This document shows positions 24,521-39,900 of a stretch of 64,000 bases of DNA, one piece after another (position 1 is the stretch's first letter; the number at the start of each line of letters is the position of its first letter). The stretch covers positions 20,460,001-20,524,000 of the forward strand of contig OZ024744.1 of assembly GCA_964016885.1 (NCBI GenBank). Reading direction: 5' to 3'. The stretch comes from Eledone cirrhosa (lineage: Eukaryota). Under the pieces are notes generated by a model. It worked only from the letters and a program-made list of their open reading frames with translations, made no database searches and was not told the origin of the DNA. The position numbers and the translations under genes are program-made.

Positions 24521-27500
24521 CAGTTGAATCTTAAGATAAAACTCGTTTTAACAACAGTTGAATCTTAAGAACTGACTCGTTTTAACGACAGCTGAATCTT
24601 AAGGTAAAACTCGTTTTAACAACAGTTCAAACTTAAGAAATGACTCGTTTTAACAACAGTTGAATCTTATGAACTGACTCATTTTAACAAAAGTTGAATC
24701 TTAAGAACTGATTCGTTTTAACAACAGTTGAATCTTAAGATAAAACTCGTTTTAACAACAGTTGAATCTTAAGAACTGACTCGTTTTAACCACAGCTGAA
24801 TCTTAAGATAAAACTCGTTTTAATAACAGTTGAATCTTAAGAACTGACTCGTTTTAACAACAGTTGAATCTTAAGTTAAGACTCGTTTTAACAACAGTTG
24901 AATCTTAAGAACTGACTCGTTTTAACAACAGCTGAATCTTAAGATAAAACTCGTTTTAACAACAGTTGAATCTTAAAGATAAAACTCGCTTTAACAACAG
25001 TTGAATCTTAAGAACTGACTCGTTTTAACAACAATTGAATCTTAAGACAAAACCCGTTTTAACAACAGTTGAATCTTAAGAACTGTCTCGTTTTAACAAC
25101 AGTTGAATCTTAAGATAAACCTCGTTTTAACAACAGTTTAATCTCAAGAACTGATTCGTTTTAACAACAGTTGAATCTTAAGACAAAACTCGTTTTAACA
25201 ACAGTTGAATCTTAAGAACTGACTTGTTCTAACAACAGTTCAGCCTTAAGAACTGACTCGTTTTAAAACAGTTGAATCGTTAGAACTGACTCGTTTTAAC
25301 AACGGTTGAATCTTAAAATAAAACTCGTTTTAACAATAGTTGAATCTCAAGAACTGACTCGTTTTAGCAACAGTTGAATCTTAAGATAAACCTCGTTTTA
25401 ACAACAGTTGATTCTTAAGAACCGACTCGTTTTAACAACAGTTAAATCTAAATAACTGACTCGTTTTAACAACAGTTGAATGTTAAGATAAAACTCGTTT
25501 TAACAATAGTTGAACCTTAAGAACTGACTCGTTTTAACAACAGCTGAATCTTAAGATAAAACTCGTTTTAAGAACAGTTGAATCTTAAGAACTGACTCGT
25601 TTTAACAACAGTTGAATCTTAAGAACTGACTCGTTTTAACAACAGTTGAATGTTAAGATAAAACTCGTTTTAACAATAGTTGAATCTTAAGAACTGACTC
25701 GTTTTAACAACAGTTGAATCTTAAGATAAAACTCGTTTTAACAACAGTTGAATCTTAAGAACTGACTCGTTTTAACAACAGCTGAATCTTAAGATAAAAC
25801 TCGTTTTAACAACAGTTGAATCCTAAGAACTGACTTGTTTTATCAACAGTTCAACCGTAAGAACTGACTCGTTTTAACAACAGTTGAATGTTCAAATAAA
25901 ACTCGTTTTAACAACAGTTGAATCTTAAGAACTGACTCGTTTTAACAACAGTTGAATCTTAAGAACTGACTCGTTTTAACAACAGTTAAATCTTAATAAC
26001 TGACTCGTTTTAACAACAGTCGAATGTTAAGATAAAACTCGTTTTAACAACTGTTGAATCTTAAGAACTGACTCGTTTTAACAACAGCTGAATCTTAAGA
26101 TAAAACTCGTTTTAACAACAGTTGAATCTTAAGAACTGACTCGTTTTAACAACAGTTAAATCTTCAAATAAAACTCGTTTTAACAACAGTTGAACATTAA
26201 GAACTGTCTCGTTTTAACAACAGTTGAATGTTAAGATAAAACTCGTTTTAACAATAGTTGAATCTTAAGAACTGACTCGTTTTAACAACAGTTGAATCTT
26301 AAGATAAATCTCGTTTTAACAACAGTTGAATCTTAAGAACTGAATCGTTTTAACAACAGCTGAATCTTAAGATAAAACTCGTTTTAACAACAGTTCAAAC
26401 TTAAGAAATGACTCGTTTTAACAACAGTTGAATCTTATGAACTGACTCATTTTAACAACAGTTGAATCTTAAGAACTGATTCGTTTTAACAACAGTTGAA
26501 TCTTAAGATAAAACTCGTTTTAACAACAGTTGAATCTTAAGAACTGACTCGTTTTAGCAACAGCTGAATCTTAAGATAAAACTCGTTTTAATAACAGTTG
26601 AATCTTAAGAACTGACTCGTTTTAACAACAGCTGAATCGTAATATAAAACTCGTTTTAACAGCAGTTGAATCTTAAGATAAAACTCGTTTTAACAACAGT
26701 TGAATCTTAAGAACTGACTCGTTTTAACAACAGTTGAATCTTAAGATAAAACTCGTTTTAACAACAGTTGAATCTTATGAACTAACTCATTTTAACAACA
26801 GTTGAATCTTAAGATAAAACTCGTTTTACCAACTGTTGAATCTTAAGAACTGACTCGTTTTAAAAACAGCTGAATCTTAAGATATAACTCGTTTTAACAA
26901 CAGTTGGATCTTAAGAACTGACTCGTTTTAACAACAGTGGAATCTTCAAATAAAACTCGTTTTAACAACAGTTGAATCTTAAGAACTGACTCGTTTTAAC
27001 AACAGTTGAATCTTAAGATAAAACTCGTTTTAACAACAGTTGAATCTTAAGAACTGACTTGTTTTATCAACAGTTCAACCGTAAGAACTGACTCGTTTTA
27101 ACAACAGTTGAATGTTCAAATAAAACTCGTTTTAACAACAGTTGAATCTTAAGAACTGACTCGTTTTAACAACTGTTGAATCTTAAGAAGTGACTCGTTT
27201 TAACAACAGTTAAATCTTAATAACTGACTCGTTTTAACAACAGTTGAATATTTAGATAAAACTCGTTTTAACAACAGTTGAATCTTAAGAACTGACTCGT
27301 TTTAACAACAGCTGAATCTTAAGATAAAACTCGTTTTAACAACAGTTGAATCTTAAGAACTGACTCGTTTTAACAACAGTTGAATCTTCAAATAAAACTC
27401 GTTTTAACAACAGTTGAACATTAAGAACTGACTCGTTTTAACAACAGTTAAATGTTAAGATTAAACTCGTTTTAACAATAGTTGAATCTTAAGAACTGAC

Positions 27501-30500
27501 TCGTTTTAACAACAGTTGAATCTTAAGATGAAACTCGTTTTAACAACAGATGAATCTTAAGAACTGACTCGTTTTAACAACAGCTGAATCTTAAGATAAA
27601 ACTCGTTTTAACAACAGTTGAATCTTAAGATAAAACTCGTTTTAACAACAGTTGAATCTTAAGAACTGACTCGTTTTAACAACAGTTGAATCTTATGAAC
27701 TGACTCATTTTAACAACAGTTGAATCTTAAGAACTGATTCGTTTTAACAACAGTTGAATCTTAAGATAAAACTCGTTTTAACAACAGTTGAATCTTAAGA
27801 ACTGACTCGTTTTAGCAACAGCTGAATCTTAAGATAAAACTCGTTTTAACAGCAGTTGAATCTTAAGAACTGACTCGTTTTAACAACAGCTGAATCTTAA
27901 TATAAAACTCGTTTTAACAGCAGTTGAATCTTAAGATAAAACTCGTTTTAACAACAGTTTAATCTTAAGAACTGACTCGTTTTAACAACAGATGAATCTT
28001 AAGATAAAACTCGTTTTAACAACAGTTGAATCTTATGAACTAACTCATTTTAACAACAGTTGAATCTTAAGTTAAGACTCGTTTTAACAACAGTTGAATC
28101 TTAAGAACTGACTCGTTTTAACGACAGCTGAATCTTAAGATAAAACTCGTTTTAACAACAGTTGAATCTTAAGAACTGACTCGTTTTAACAACAGCTGAA
28201 TCTTAATATAAAACTCGTTTTAACAGCAGTTGAATCTTAAGATAAAACTCGTTTTAACAACAGTTGAATCTTAAGAACTGACTCGTTTTAACAACAGATG
28301 AATCTTATGATAAAACTCGTTTTAACAACAGTTGAATCTTAAGAACTGACTTGTTTTATCAACAGTTCAGCCGTACGAACTGACTCATTTTAACAACAGT
28401 TGAATCTTAAGAAATGACTCGTTTTAACAACAGTTGAATCTTAAGATAAAACTCGTTTTAACAACAGTTGAATCTTAAGAACTGACTTGTTTTATCAACA
28501 GTTCAACCGTAAGAACTGACTCGTTTTAACAACAGTTGAATGTTCAAATAAAACTCGTTTTAACAACAGTTGAATCTTAATAACTAACTCGTTTTAACAA
28601 CAGTTGAATCTTAAGAACTGACTCGTTTTAACAACAGTTAAATCTTAATAACTGACTCGTTTTAACAACAGTTGAATATTTAGATAAAACTCGTTTTAAC
28701 AACAGTTGAATCTTAAAAACTGACTCGTTTTAACAACAGTTGAATGTTAAGATAAAACTCGTTTTAACAATAGTTGAATCTTAAGAACTGACTCGTTTTA
28801 ACAACAGTTGAATCTTAAGAACTGACTCGTTTTAACAACAGTTGAATCTAAAGATAAAACTCGTTTTAACAACAGTTGAATCTTAAGAACTGACTCGTTT
28901 TAACAACAGTTGAATCTTAAGATAAAACTCGTTTTAACAACAGTTGAATCTTAAGAACTGACTCGTTTTAACGACAGCTGAATCTTAAGGTAAAACTCGT
29001 TTTAACAACAGTTCAAACTTAAGAAATGACTCGTTTTAACAACAGTTGAATCTTATGAACTGACTCATTTTAACAAAAGTTGAATCTTAAGAACTGATTC
29101 GTTTTAACAACAGTTGAATCTTAAGATAAAACTCGTTTTAACAACAGTTGAATCTTAAGAACTGACTCGTTTTAACCACAGCTGAATCTTAAGATAAAAC
29201 TCGTTTTAATAACAGTTGAATCTTAAGAACTGACTCGTTTTAACAACAGTTGAATCTTAAGTTAAGACTCGTTTTAACAACAGTTGAATCTTAAGAACTG
29301 ACTCGTTTTAACAACAGCTGAATCTTAAGATAAAACTCGTTTTAACAACAGTTGAATCTTAAAGATAAAACTCGCTTTAACAACAGTTGAATCTTAAGAA
29401 CTGACTCGTTTTAACAACAATTGAATCTTAAGACAAAACCCGTTTTAACAACAGTTGAATCTTAAGAACTGTCTCGTTTTAACAACAGTTGAATCTTAAG
29501 ATAAACCTCGTTTTAACAACAGTTTAATCTCAAGAACTGATTCGTTTTAACAACAGTTGAATCTTAAGACAAAACTCGTTTTAACAACAGTTGAATCTTA
29601 AGAACTGACTTGTTCTAACAACAGTTCAGCCTTAAGAACTGACTCGTTTTAAAACAGTTGAATCGTTAGAACTGACTCGTTTTAACAACGGTTGAATCTT
29701 AAAATAAAACTCGTTTTAACAATAGTTGAATCTCAAGAACTGACTCGTTTTAGCAACAGTTGAATCTTAAGATAAACCTCGTTTTAACAACAGTTGATTC
29801 TTAAGAACCGACTCGTTTTAACAACAGTTAAATCTAAATAACTGACTCGTTTTAACAACAGTTGAATGTTAAGATAAAACTCGTTTTAACAATAGTTGAA
29901 CCTTAAGAACTGACTCGTTTTAACAACAGCTGAATCTTAAGATAAAACTCGTTTTAAGAACAGTTGAATCTTAAGAACTGACTCGTTTTAACAACAGTTG
30001 AATCTTAAGAACTGACTCGTTTTAACAACAGTTGAATGTTAAGATAAAACTCGTTTTAACAATAGTTGAATCTTAAGAACTGACTCGTTTTAACAACAGT
30101 TGAATCTTAAGATAAAACTCGTTTTAACAACAGTTGAATCTTAAGAACTGACTCGTTTTAACAACAGCTGAATCTTAAGATAAAACTCGTTTTAACAACA
30201 GTTGAATCCTAAGAACTGACTTGTTTTATCAACAGTTCAACCGTAAGAACTGACTCGTTTTAACAACAGTTGAATGTTCAAATAAAACTCGTTTTAACAA
30301 CAGTTGAATCTTAAGAACTGACTCGTTTTAACAACAGTTGAATCTTAAGAACTGACTCGTTTTAACAACAGTTAAATCTTAATAACTGACTCGTTTTAAC
30401 AACAGTCGAATGTTAAGATAAAACTCGTTTTAACAACTGTTGAATCTTAAGAACTGACTCGTTTTAACAACAGCTGAATCTTAAGATAAAACTCGTTTTA

Positions 30501-33500
30501 ACAATAGTTGAATCTTAAGAACTGACTCGTTTTAACAACAGTTGAATCTTAAGATAAATCTCGTTTTAACAACAGTTGAATCTTAAGAACTGAATCGTTT
30601 TAACAACAGCTGAATTTTAAGATAAAACTCGTTTTAACAACAGTTCAAACTTAAGAAATGACTCGTTTTAACAACAGTTGAATCTTATGAACTGACTCAT
30701 TTTAACAACAGTTGAATCTTAAGAACTGATTCGTTTTAACAACAGTTGAATCTTAAGATAAAACTCGTTTTAACAACAGTTGAATCTTAAGAACTGACTC
30801 GTTTTAGCAACAGCTGAATCTTAAGATAAAACTCGTTTTAACAACAGTTGAATCTTAAGAACTGACTCGTTTTAACAACAGCTGAATCTTAATATAAAAC
30901 TCGTTTTAACAGCAGTTGAATCTTAAGATAAAACTCGTTTTAACAACAGTTGAATCTTAAGAACTGACTCGTTTTAACAACAGTTGAATCTTAAGATAAA
31001 ACTCGTTTTAACAACAGTTGAATCTTATGAACTAACTCATTTTAACAACAGTTGAATCTTAAGATAAAACTCGTTTTACCAACTGTTGAATCTTAAGAAC
31101 TGACTCGTTTTAAAAACAGCTGAATCTTAAGATATAACTCGTTTTAACAACAGTTGGATCTTAAGAACTGACTCGTTTTAACAACAGTGGAATCTTCAAA
31201 TAAAACTCGTTTTAACAACAGTTGAATCTTAAGAACTGACTCGTTTTAACAACAGTTGAATCTTAAGATAAAACTCGTTTTAACAACAGTTGAATCTTAA
31301 GAACTGACTTGTTTTATCAACAGTTCAACCGTAAGAACTGACTCGTTTTAACAACAGTTGAATGTTCAAATAAAACTCGTTTTAACAACAGTTGAATCTT
31401 AAGAACTGACTCGTTTTAACAACTGTTGAATCTTAAGAAGTGACTCGTTTTAACAACAGTTAAATCTTAATAACTGACTCGTTTTAACAACAGTTGAATA
31501 TTTAGATAAAACTCGTTTTAACAACAGTTGAATCTTAAGAACTGACTCGTTTTAACAACAGCTGAATCTTAAGATAAAACTCGTTTTAACAACAGTTGAA
31601 TCTTAAGAACTGACTCGTTTTAACAACAGTTGAATCTTCAAATAAAACTCGTTTTAACAACAGTTGAACATTAAGAACTGACTCGTTTTAACAACAGTTA
31701 AATGTTAAGATTAAACTCGTTTTAACAATAGTTGAATCTTAAGAACTGACTCGTTTTAACAACAGTTGAATCTTAAGATGAAACTCGTTTTAACAACAGA
31801 TGAATCTTAAGAACTGACTCGTTTTAACAACAGCTGAATCTTAAGATAAAACTCGTTTTAACAACAGTTGAATCTTAAGATAAAACTCGTTTTAACAACA
31901 GTTGAATCTTAAGAACTGACTCGTTTTAACAACAGTTGAATCTTATGAACTGACTCATTTTAACAACAGTTGAATCTTAAGAACTGATTCGTTTTAACAA
32001 CAGTTGAATCTTAAGATAAAACTCGTTTTAACAACAGTTGAATCTTAAGAACTGACTCGTTTTAGCAACAGCTGAATCTTAAGATAAAACTCGTTTTAAC
32101 AACAGTTGAATCTTAAGAACTGACTCGTTTTAACAACAGCTGAATCTTAATATAAAACTCGTTTTAACAGCAGTTGAATCTTAAGATAAAACTCGTTTTA
32201 ACAACAGTTTAATCTTAAGAACTGACTCGTTTTAACAACAGATGAATCTTAAGATAAAACTCGTTTTAACAACAGTTGAATCTTATGAACTAACTCATTT
32301 TAACAACAGTTGAATCTTAAGTTAAGACTCGTTTTAACAACAGTTGAATCTTAAGAACTGACTCGTTTTAACGACAGCTGAATCTTAAGATAAAACTCGT
32401 TTTAACAACAGTTGAATCTTAAGAACTGACTCGTTTTAACAACAGCTGAATCTTAATATAAAACTCGTTTTAACAGCAGTTGAATCTTAAGATAAAACTC
32501 GTTTTAACAACAGTTGAATCTTAAGAACTGACTCGTTTTAACAACAGATGAATCTTATGATAAAACTCGTTTTAACAACAGTTGAATCTTAAGAACTGAC
32601 TTGTTTTATCAACAGTTCAGCCGTACGAACTGACTCATTTTAACAACAGTTGAATCTTAAGAAATGACTCGTTTTAACAACAGTTGAATCTTAAGATAAA
32701 ACTCGTTTTAACAACAGTTGAATCTTAAGAACTGACTTGTTTTATCAACAGTTCAACCGTAAGAACTGACTCGTTTTAACAACAGTTGAATGTTCAAATA
32801 AAACTCGTTTTAACAACAGTTGAATCTTAATAACTAACTCGTTTTAACAACAGTTGAATCTTAAGAACTGACTCGTTTTAACAACAGTTAAATCTTAATA
32901 ACTGACTCGTTTTAACAACAGTTGAATATTTAGATAAAACTCGTTTTAACAACAGTTGAATCTTAAAAACTGACTCGTTTTAACAACAGTTGAATGTTAA
33001 GATAAAACTCGTTTTAACAATAGTTGAATCTTAAGAACTGACTCGTTTTAACAACAGTTGAATCTTAAGAACTGACTCGTTTTAACAACAGTTGAATCTA
33101 AAGATAAAACTCGTTTTAACAACAGTTGAATCTTAAGAACTGACTCGTTTTAACAACAGTTGAATCTTAAGATAAAACTCGTTTTAACAACAGTTGAATC
33201 TTAAGAACTGACTCGTTTTAACGACAGCTGAATCTTAAGGTAAAACTCGTTTTAACAACAGTTCAAACTTAAGAAATGACTCGTTTTAACAACAGTTGAA
33301 TCTTATGAACTGACTCATTTTAACAAAAGTTGAATCTTAAGAACTGATTCGTTTTAACAACAGTTGAATCTTAAGATAAAACTCGTTTTAACAACAGTTG
33401 AATCTTAAGAACTGACTCGTTTTAACCACAGCTGAATCTTAAGATAAAACTCGTTTTAATAACAGTTGAATCTTAAGAACTGACTCGTTTTAACAACAGT

Positions 33501-36500
33501 TGAATCTTAAGTTAAGACTCGTTTTAACAACAGTTGAATCTTAAGAACTGACTCGTTTTAACAACAGCTGAATCTTAAGATAAAACTCGTTTTAACAACA
33601 GTTGAATCTTAAAGATAAAACTCGCTTTAACAACAGTTGAATCTTAAGAACTGACTCGTTTTAACAACAATTGAATCTTAAGACAAAACCCGTTTTAACA
33701 ACAGTTGAATCTTAAGAACTGTCTCGTTTTAACAACAGTTGAATCTTAAGATAAACCTCGTTTTAACAACAGTTTAATCTCAAGAACTGATTCGTTTTAA
33801 CAACAGTTGAATCTTAAGATAAAACTCGTTTTAACAACAGTTGAATCTTAAGAACTGACTTGTTCTAACAACAGTTCAGCCTTAAGAACTGACTCGTTTT
33901 AAAACAGTTGAATCGTTAGAACTGACTCGTTTTAACAACGGTTGAATCTTAAAATAAAACTCGTTTTAACAATAGTTGAATCTCAAGAACTGACTCGTTT
34001 TAGCAACAGTTGAATCTTAAGATAAACCTCGTTTTAACAACAGTTGATTCTTAAGAACCGACTCGTTTTAACAACAGTTAAATCTAAATAACTGACTCGT
34101 TTTAACAACAGTTGAATGTTAAGATAAAACTCGTTTTAACAATAGTTGAACCTTAAGAACTGACTCGTTTTAACAACAGCTGAATCTTAAGATAAAACTC
34201 GTTTTAAGAACAGTTGAATCTTAAGAACTGACTCGTTTTAACAACAGTTGAATCTTAAGAACTGACTCGTTTTAACAACAGTTGAATGTTAAGATAAAAC
34301 TCGTTTTAACAATAGTTGAATCTTAAGAACTGACTCGTTTTAACAACAGTTGAATCTTAAGATAAAACTCGTTTTAACAACAGTTGAATCTTAAGAACTG
34401 ACTCGTTTTAACAACAGCTGAATCTTAAGATAAAACTCGTTTTAACAACAGTTGAATCCTAAGAACTGACTTGTTTTATCAACAGTTCAACCGTAAGAAC
34501 TGACTCGTTTTAACAACAGTTGAATGTTCAAATAAAACTCGTTTTAACAACAGTTGAATCTTAAGAACTGACTCGTTTTAACAACAGTTGAATCTTAAGA
34601 ACTGACTCGTTTTAACAACAGTTAAATCTTAATAACTGACTCGTTTTAACAACAGTCGAATGTTAAGATAAAACTCGTTTTAACAACTGTTGAATCTTAA
34701 GAACTGACTCGTTTTAACAACAGCTGAATCTTAAGATAAAACTCGTTTTAACAACAGTTGAATCTTAAGAACTGACTCGTTTTAACAACAGTTAAATCTT
34801 CAAATAAAACTCGTTTTAACAACAGTTGAACATTAAGAACTGTCTCGTTTTAACAACAGTTGAATGTTAAGATAAAACTCGTTTTAACAATAGTTGAATC
34901 TTAAGAACTGACTCGTTTTAACAACAGTTGAATCTTAAGATAAATCTCGTTTTAACAACAGTTGAATCTTAAGAACTGAATCGTTTTAACAACAGCTGAA
35001 TCTTAAGATAAAACTCGTTTTAACAACAGTTCAAACTTAAGAAATGACTCGTTTTAACAACAGTTGAATCTTATGAACTGACTCATTTTAACAACAGTTG
35101 AATCTTAAGAACTGATTCGTTTTAACAACAGTTGAATCTTAAGATAAAACTCGTTTTAACAACAGTTGAATCTTAAGAACTGACTCGTTTTAGCAACAGC
35201 TGAATCTTAAGATAAAACTCGTTTTAACAACAGTTGAATCTTAAGAACTGACTCGTTTTAACAACAGCTGAATCTTAATATAAAACTCGTTTTAACAGCA
35301 GTTGAATCTTAAGATAAAACTCGTTTTAACAACAGTTGAATCTTAAGAACTGACTCGTTTTAACAACAGTTGAATCTTAAGATAAAACTCGTTTTAACAA
35401 CAGTTGAATCTTATGAACTAACTCATTTTAACAACAGTTGAATCTTAAGATAAAACTCGTTTTACCAACTGTTGAATCTTAAGAACTGACTCGTTTTAAA
35501 AACAGCTGAATCTTAAGATATAACTCGTTTTAACAACAGTTGGATCTTAAGAACTGACTCGTTTTAACAACAGTGGAATCTTCAAATAAAACTCGTTTTA
35601 ACAACAGTTGAATCTTAAGAACTGACTCGTTTTAACAACAGTTGAATCTTAAGATAAAACTCGTTTTAACAACAGTTGAATCTTAAGAACTGACTTGTTT
35701 TATCAACAGTTCAACCGTAAGAACTGACTCGTTTTAACAACAGTTGAATGTTCAAATAAAACTCGTTTTAACAACAGTTGAATCTTAAGAACTGACTCGT
35801 TTTAACAACTGTTGAATCTTAAGAAGTGACTCGTTTTAACAACAGTTAAATCTTAATAACTGACTCGTTTTAACAACAGTTGAATATTTAGATAAAACTC
35901 GTTTTAACAACAGTTGAATCTTAAGAACTGACTCGTTTTAACAACAGCTGAATCTTAAGATAAAACTCGTTTTAACAACAGTTGAATCTTAAGAACTGAC
36001 TCGTTTTAACAACAGTTGAATCTTCAAATAAAACTCGTTTTAACAACAGTTGAACATTAAGAACTGACTCGTTTTAACAACAGTTAAATGTTAAGATTAA
36101 ACTCGTTTTAACAATAGTTGAATCTTAAGAACTGACTCGTTTTAACAACAGTTGAATCTTAAGATGAAACTCGTTTTAACAACAGATGAATCTTAAGAAC
36201 TGACTCGTTTTAACAACAGCTGAATCTTAAGATAAAACTCGTTTTAACAACAGTTGAATCTTAAGATAAAACTCGTTTTAACAACAGTTGAATCTTAAGA
36301 ACTGACTCGTTTTAACAACAGTTGAATCTTATGAACTGACTCATTTTAACAACAGTTGAATCTTAAGAACTGATTCGTTTTAACAACAGTTGAATCTTAA
36401 GATAAAACTCGTTTTAACAACAGTTGAATCTTAAGAACTGACTCGTTTTAGCAACAGCTGAATCTTAAGATAAAACTCGTTTTAACAACAGTTGAATCTT

Positions 36501-36933
36501 AAGAACTGACTCGTTTTAACAACAGCTGAATCTTAATATAAAACTCGTTTTAACAGCAGTTGAATCTTAAGATAAAACTCGTTTTAACAACAGTTTAATC
36601 TTAAGAACTGACTCGTTTTAACAACAGATGAATCTTAAGATAAAACTCGTTTTAACAACAGTTGAATCTTATGAACTAACTCATTTTAACAACAGTTGAA
36701 TCTTAAGTTAAGACTCGTTTTAACAACAGTTGAATCTTAAGAACTGACTCGTTTTAACGACAGCTGAATCTTAAGATAAAACTCGTTTTAACAACAGTTG
36801 AATCTTAAGAACTGACTCGTTTTAACAACAGCTGAATCTTAATATAAAACTCGTTTTAACAGCAGTTGAATCTTAAGATAAAACTCGTTTTAACAACAGT
36901 TGAATCTTAAGAACTGACTCGTTTTAACAACAG
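23878..36933. repeat. Three near-identical tandem higher-order units of 4,386 / 4,250 / 4,386 bp (129/125/129 monomers)
   Basis: AAGGTAAAAC 24601/28987/33237; CGAATG (of GTCGAATG) 26021/30407/34657; GATGAATCTTATGA 23911/28297/32547. Offsets are 4386 then 4250. Confidence 0.94.
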
Positions 36934-39900
36934 TTGAATCTTAAGATAAAACTCGTTTTAACAACAGTTGAATCTTATGAACTAACTCATTTTAACAACA
37001 GTTGAATCTTAAGATAAAACTCGTTTTACCAACTGTTGAATCTTAAGAACTGACTCGTTTTAAAAACAGCTGAATCTTAAGATATAACTCGTTTTAACAA
37101 CAGTTGGATCTTAAGAACTGACTCGATTTAACAACAGTGGAATCTTCAAATAAAACTCGTTTTAACAACAGTTGAATGTTCAAATAAAACTCGTTTTAAC
37201 AACAGTTGAATCTTAAGAACTGACTCGTTTTAACAACAGTTGAATCTTAAGAACTGACTCGTTTTAACAACAGTTAAATCTTAATCACTGACTCGTTTTA
37301 ACAACAGTTGAATATTTAGATAAAACTCGTTTTAACAACAGTTGAATCTTAAGAACTGACTCGTTTTAACAACAGCTGAATCTTAAGATAAAACTCGTTT
37401 TAACAACAGTTGAATCTTAAGATAAAACTCGTTTTAACAACAGTTGAATCTTAAGAACTGACTCGTTTTAATAACAGTTGAATCTTCAAATAAAACTCGT
37501 TTTAACAACAGTTGAACATTAAGAACTGACTCGTTTTAACAACAGTTAAATGTTAAGATTAAACTCGTTTTAACAATAGTTGAATCTTAAGAACTGACTC
37601 GTTTTAACAACAGCTGAATCTTAAGATAACACTCGTTTTAACAACAGTTGAATCTTAAGATAAAACTCGTTTTAACAACAGTGGAATCTTAAGAACTGAC
37701 TCGTTTTAACAACAGTTGAATCTTAAGATAAAACTCGTTTTAACAACAGTTGAATATTATGAACTAACTCATTTTAACAACAGTTGAATCTTAAGTTAAG
37801 ACTCGTTTTAACAACAGTTGAATCTTAAGAACTGACTCGTTTTAACGACAGCTGTATCTTAAGATAAAACTCGTTTTAACAACAGTTGAATCTTAAAGAT
37901 AAAACTCGCTTTAACAACAGTTGAATCTTAAGAACTGACTCGTTTTAACAACAGTTGAATCATAAGACAAAACTCGTTTTAACAACAGTTGAATCTTAAG
38001 AACTGACTCGTTTTAACCACAGCTGAATCTTAAGATAAAACTCGTTTTAATAACAGTTGAATCTTAAGAACTGACTCGTTTTAACAACAGCTGAATCTTA
38101 AGATAAAACTCGTTTTAACAACAGTTGAATCTTAAGATAAAACTCGTTTTAACAACAGTTGAATCTTAAGAACTGACTCGTTTTAACAACAGTTGAATCC
38201 TAACATAAAACTTGTTTGAACAACAGTTGAATCTTATGAACTAACTAATTTTTACAACAGTTGAATCTTAAGTTAAGACTCGTTTTAACAACAGTTGAAT
38301 CTTAAGAACTGACTCGTTTTAACAACAGCTGAATCTTAAGATAAAACTCGTTTTAACAACAGTTGAATCTTAAAGATAAAACTCGCTTTAACAAGAGTTG
38401 AATCTTAAGAACTGACTAGTTTTAACAACAATTGAATCTTAAGACAAAACCCGTTTTAACAACAGTTGAATCTTAAGAACTGTCTCGTTTTAACAACAGT
38501 TGAATCTTAAGATAAACCTCGTTTTAACAACAGTTTAATCTTAAGAACTGATTCGTTTTAACAACAGTTGAATCTTAAGACAAAACTCGTTTTAACAACA
38601 GTTGAATCTTAAGAACTGACTTGTTCTAACAACAGTTCAGCCTTAAGAACTGACTCGTTTTAAAACAGTTGAATCGTTAGAACTGACTCGTTTTAACAAC
38701 GGTTGAATCTTAAAATAAAACTCGTTTTAACGATAGTTGAATCTCAAGAACTGACTCGTTTTAGCAACAGTTGAATCTTAAGATAAACCTGGTTTTAACA
38801 ACAGTTGATTCTTAAGAACCGACTCGTTTTAACAACAGTTAAATCTAAATAACTGACTCGTTTTAACAACAGTTGAATGTTAAGATAAAACTCGTTTTAA
38901 CAATATTTGAACCTTAAGAATTGACTCGTTTTAACAACAGTTGAATCTTAAGATAAAACTCGTTTTAACAACTGTTGAATCTTAAGAACTGACTCGTTTT
39001 AACAACAGCTGAATCTTAAGATAAAACTCGTTTTAAGAACAGTTGAATCTTAAGAACTGACTCGTTTTAACAACAGTTGAATCTTAAGAACTGACTCGTT
39101 TTAACAACAGTTGAATGTTAAGATAAAACTCGTTTTAACAATAGTTGAATCTTAAGAACTGACTCGTTTTAACAACAGTTGAATCTTAAGATAAAACTCG
39201 TTTTAACAACAGTTGAATCTTAAGAACTGACTCGTTTTAACAACAGCTGAATCTTAAGATAAAACTCGTTTTAACAACAGTTGAATCCTAAGAACTGACT
39301 TGTTTTATCAACAGTTCAACCGTAAGAACTGACTCGTTTTAACAACAGTTGAATATTCAAATAAAACTCGTTTTAACAACAGTTGAATCTTAAGAACTGA
39401 CTCGTTTTAACAACAGTTGAATCTTAAGAACTAACTCGTTTTAACAACAGTTAAATCTTAATAACTGACTCGTTTTAACAACAGTTGAATGTTAAGATAA
39501 AACTCGTTTTAACAACTGTTGAATCTTAAGAACTGACTCGTTTTAACAACAGCTGAATCTTAAGATAAAACTCGTTTTAACAACAGTTGAATCTTAAGAA
39601 CTGACTCGTTTTAACAACAGTTAAATCTTCAAATAAAACTCGTTTTAACAACAGTTGAACATTAAGAACTGTCTCGTTTTAACAACAGTTGAATGTTAAG
39701 ATAAAACTCGTTTTAACAATAGTTGAATCTTAAGAACTGACTCGTTTTAACAACAGTTGAATCTTAAGATAAAACTCGTTTTAACAACAGTTGAATCTTA
39801 AGAACTGAATCGTTTTAACAACAGCTGAATCTTAAGATAAAACTCGTTTTAACAAAAGTTCAAACTTAAGAAATGACTCGTTTTAACAACAGTTGAATCT

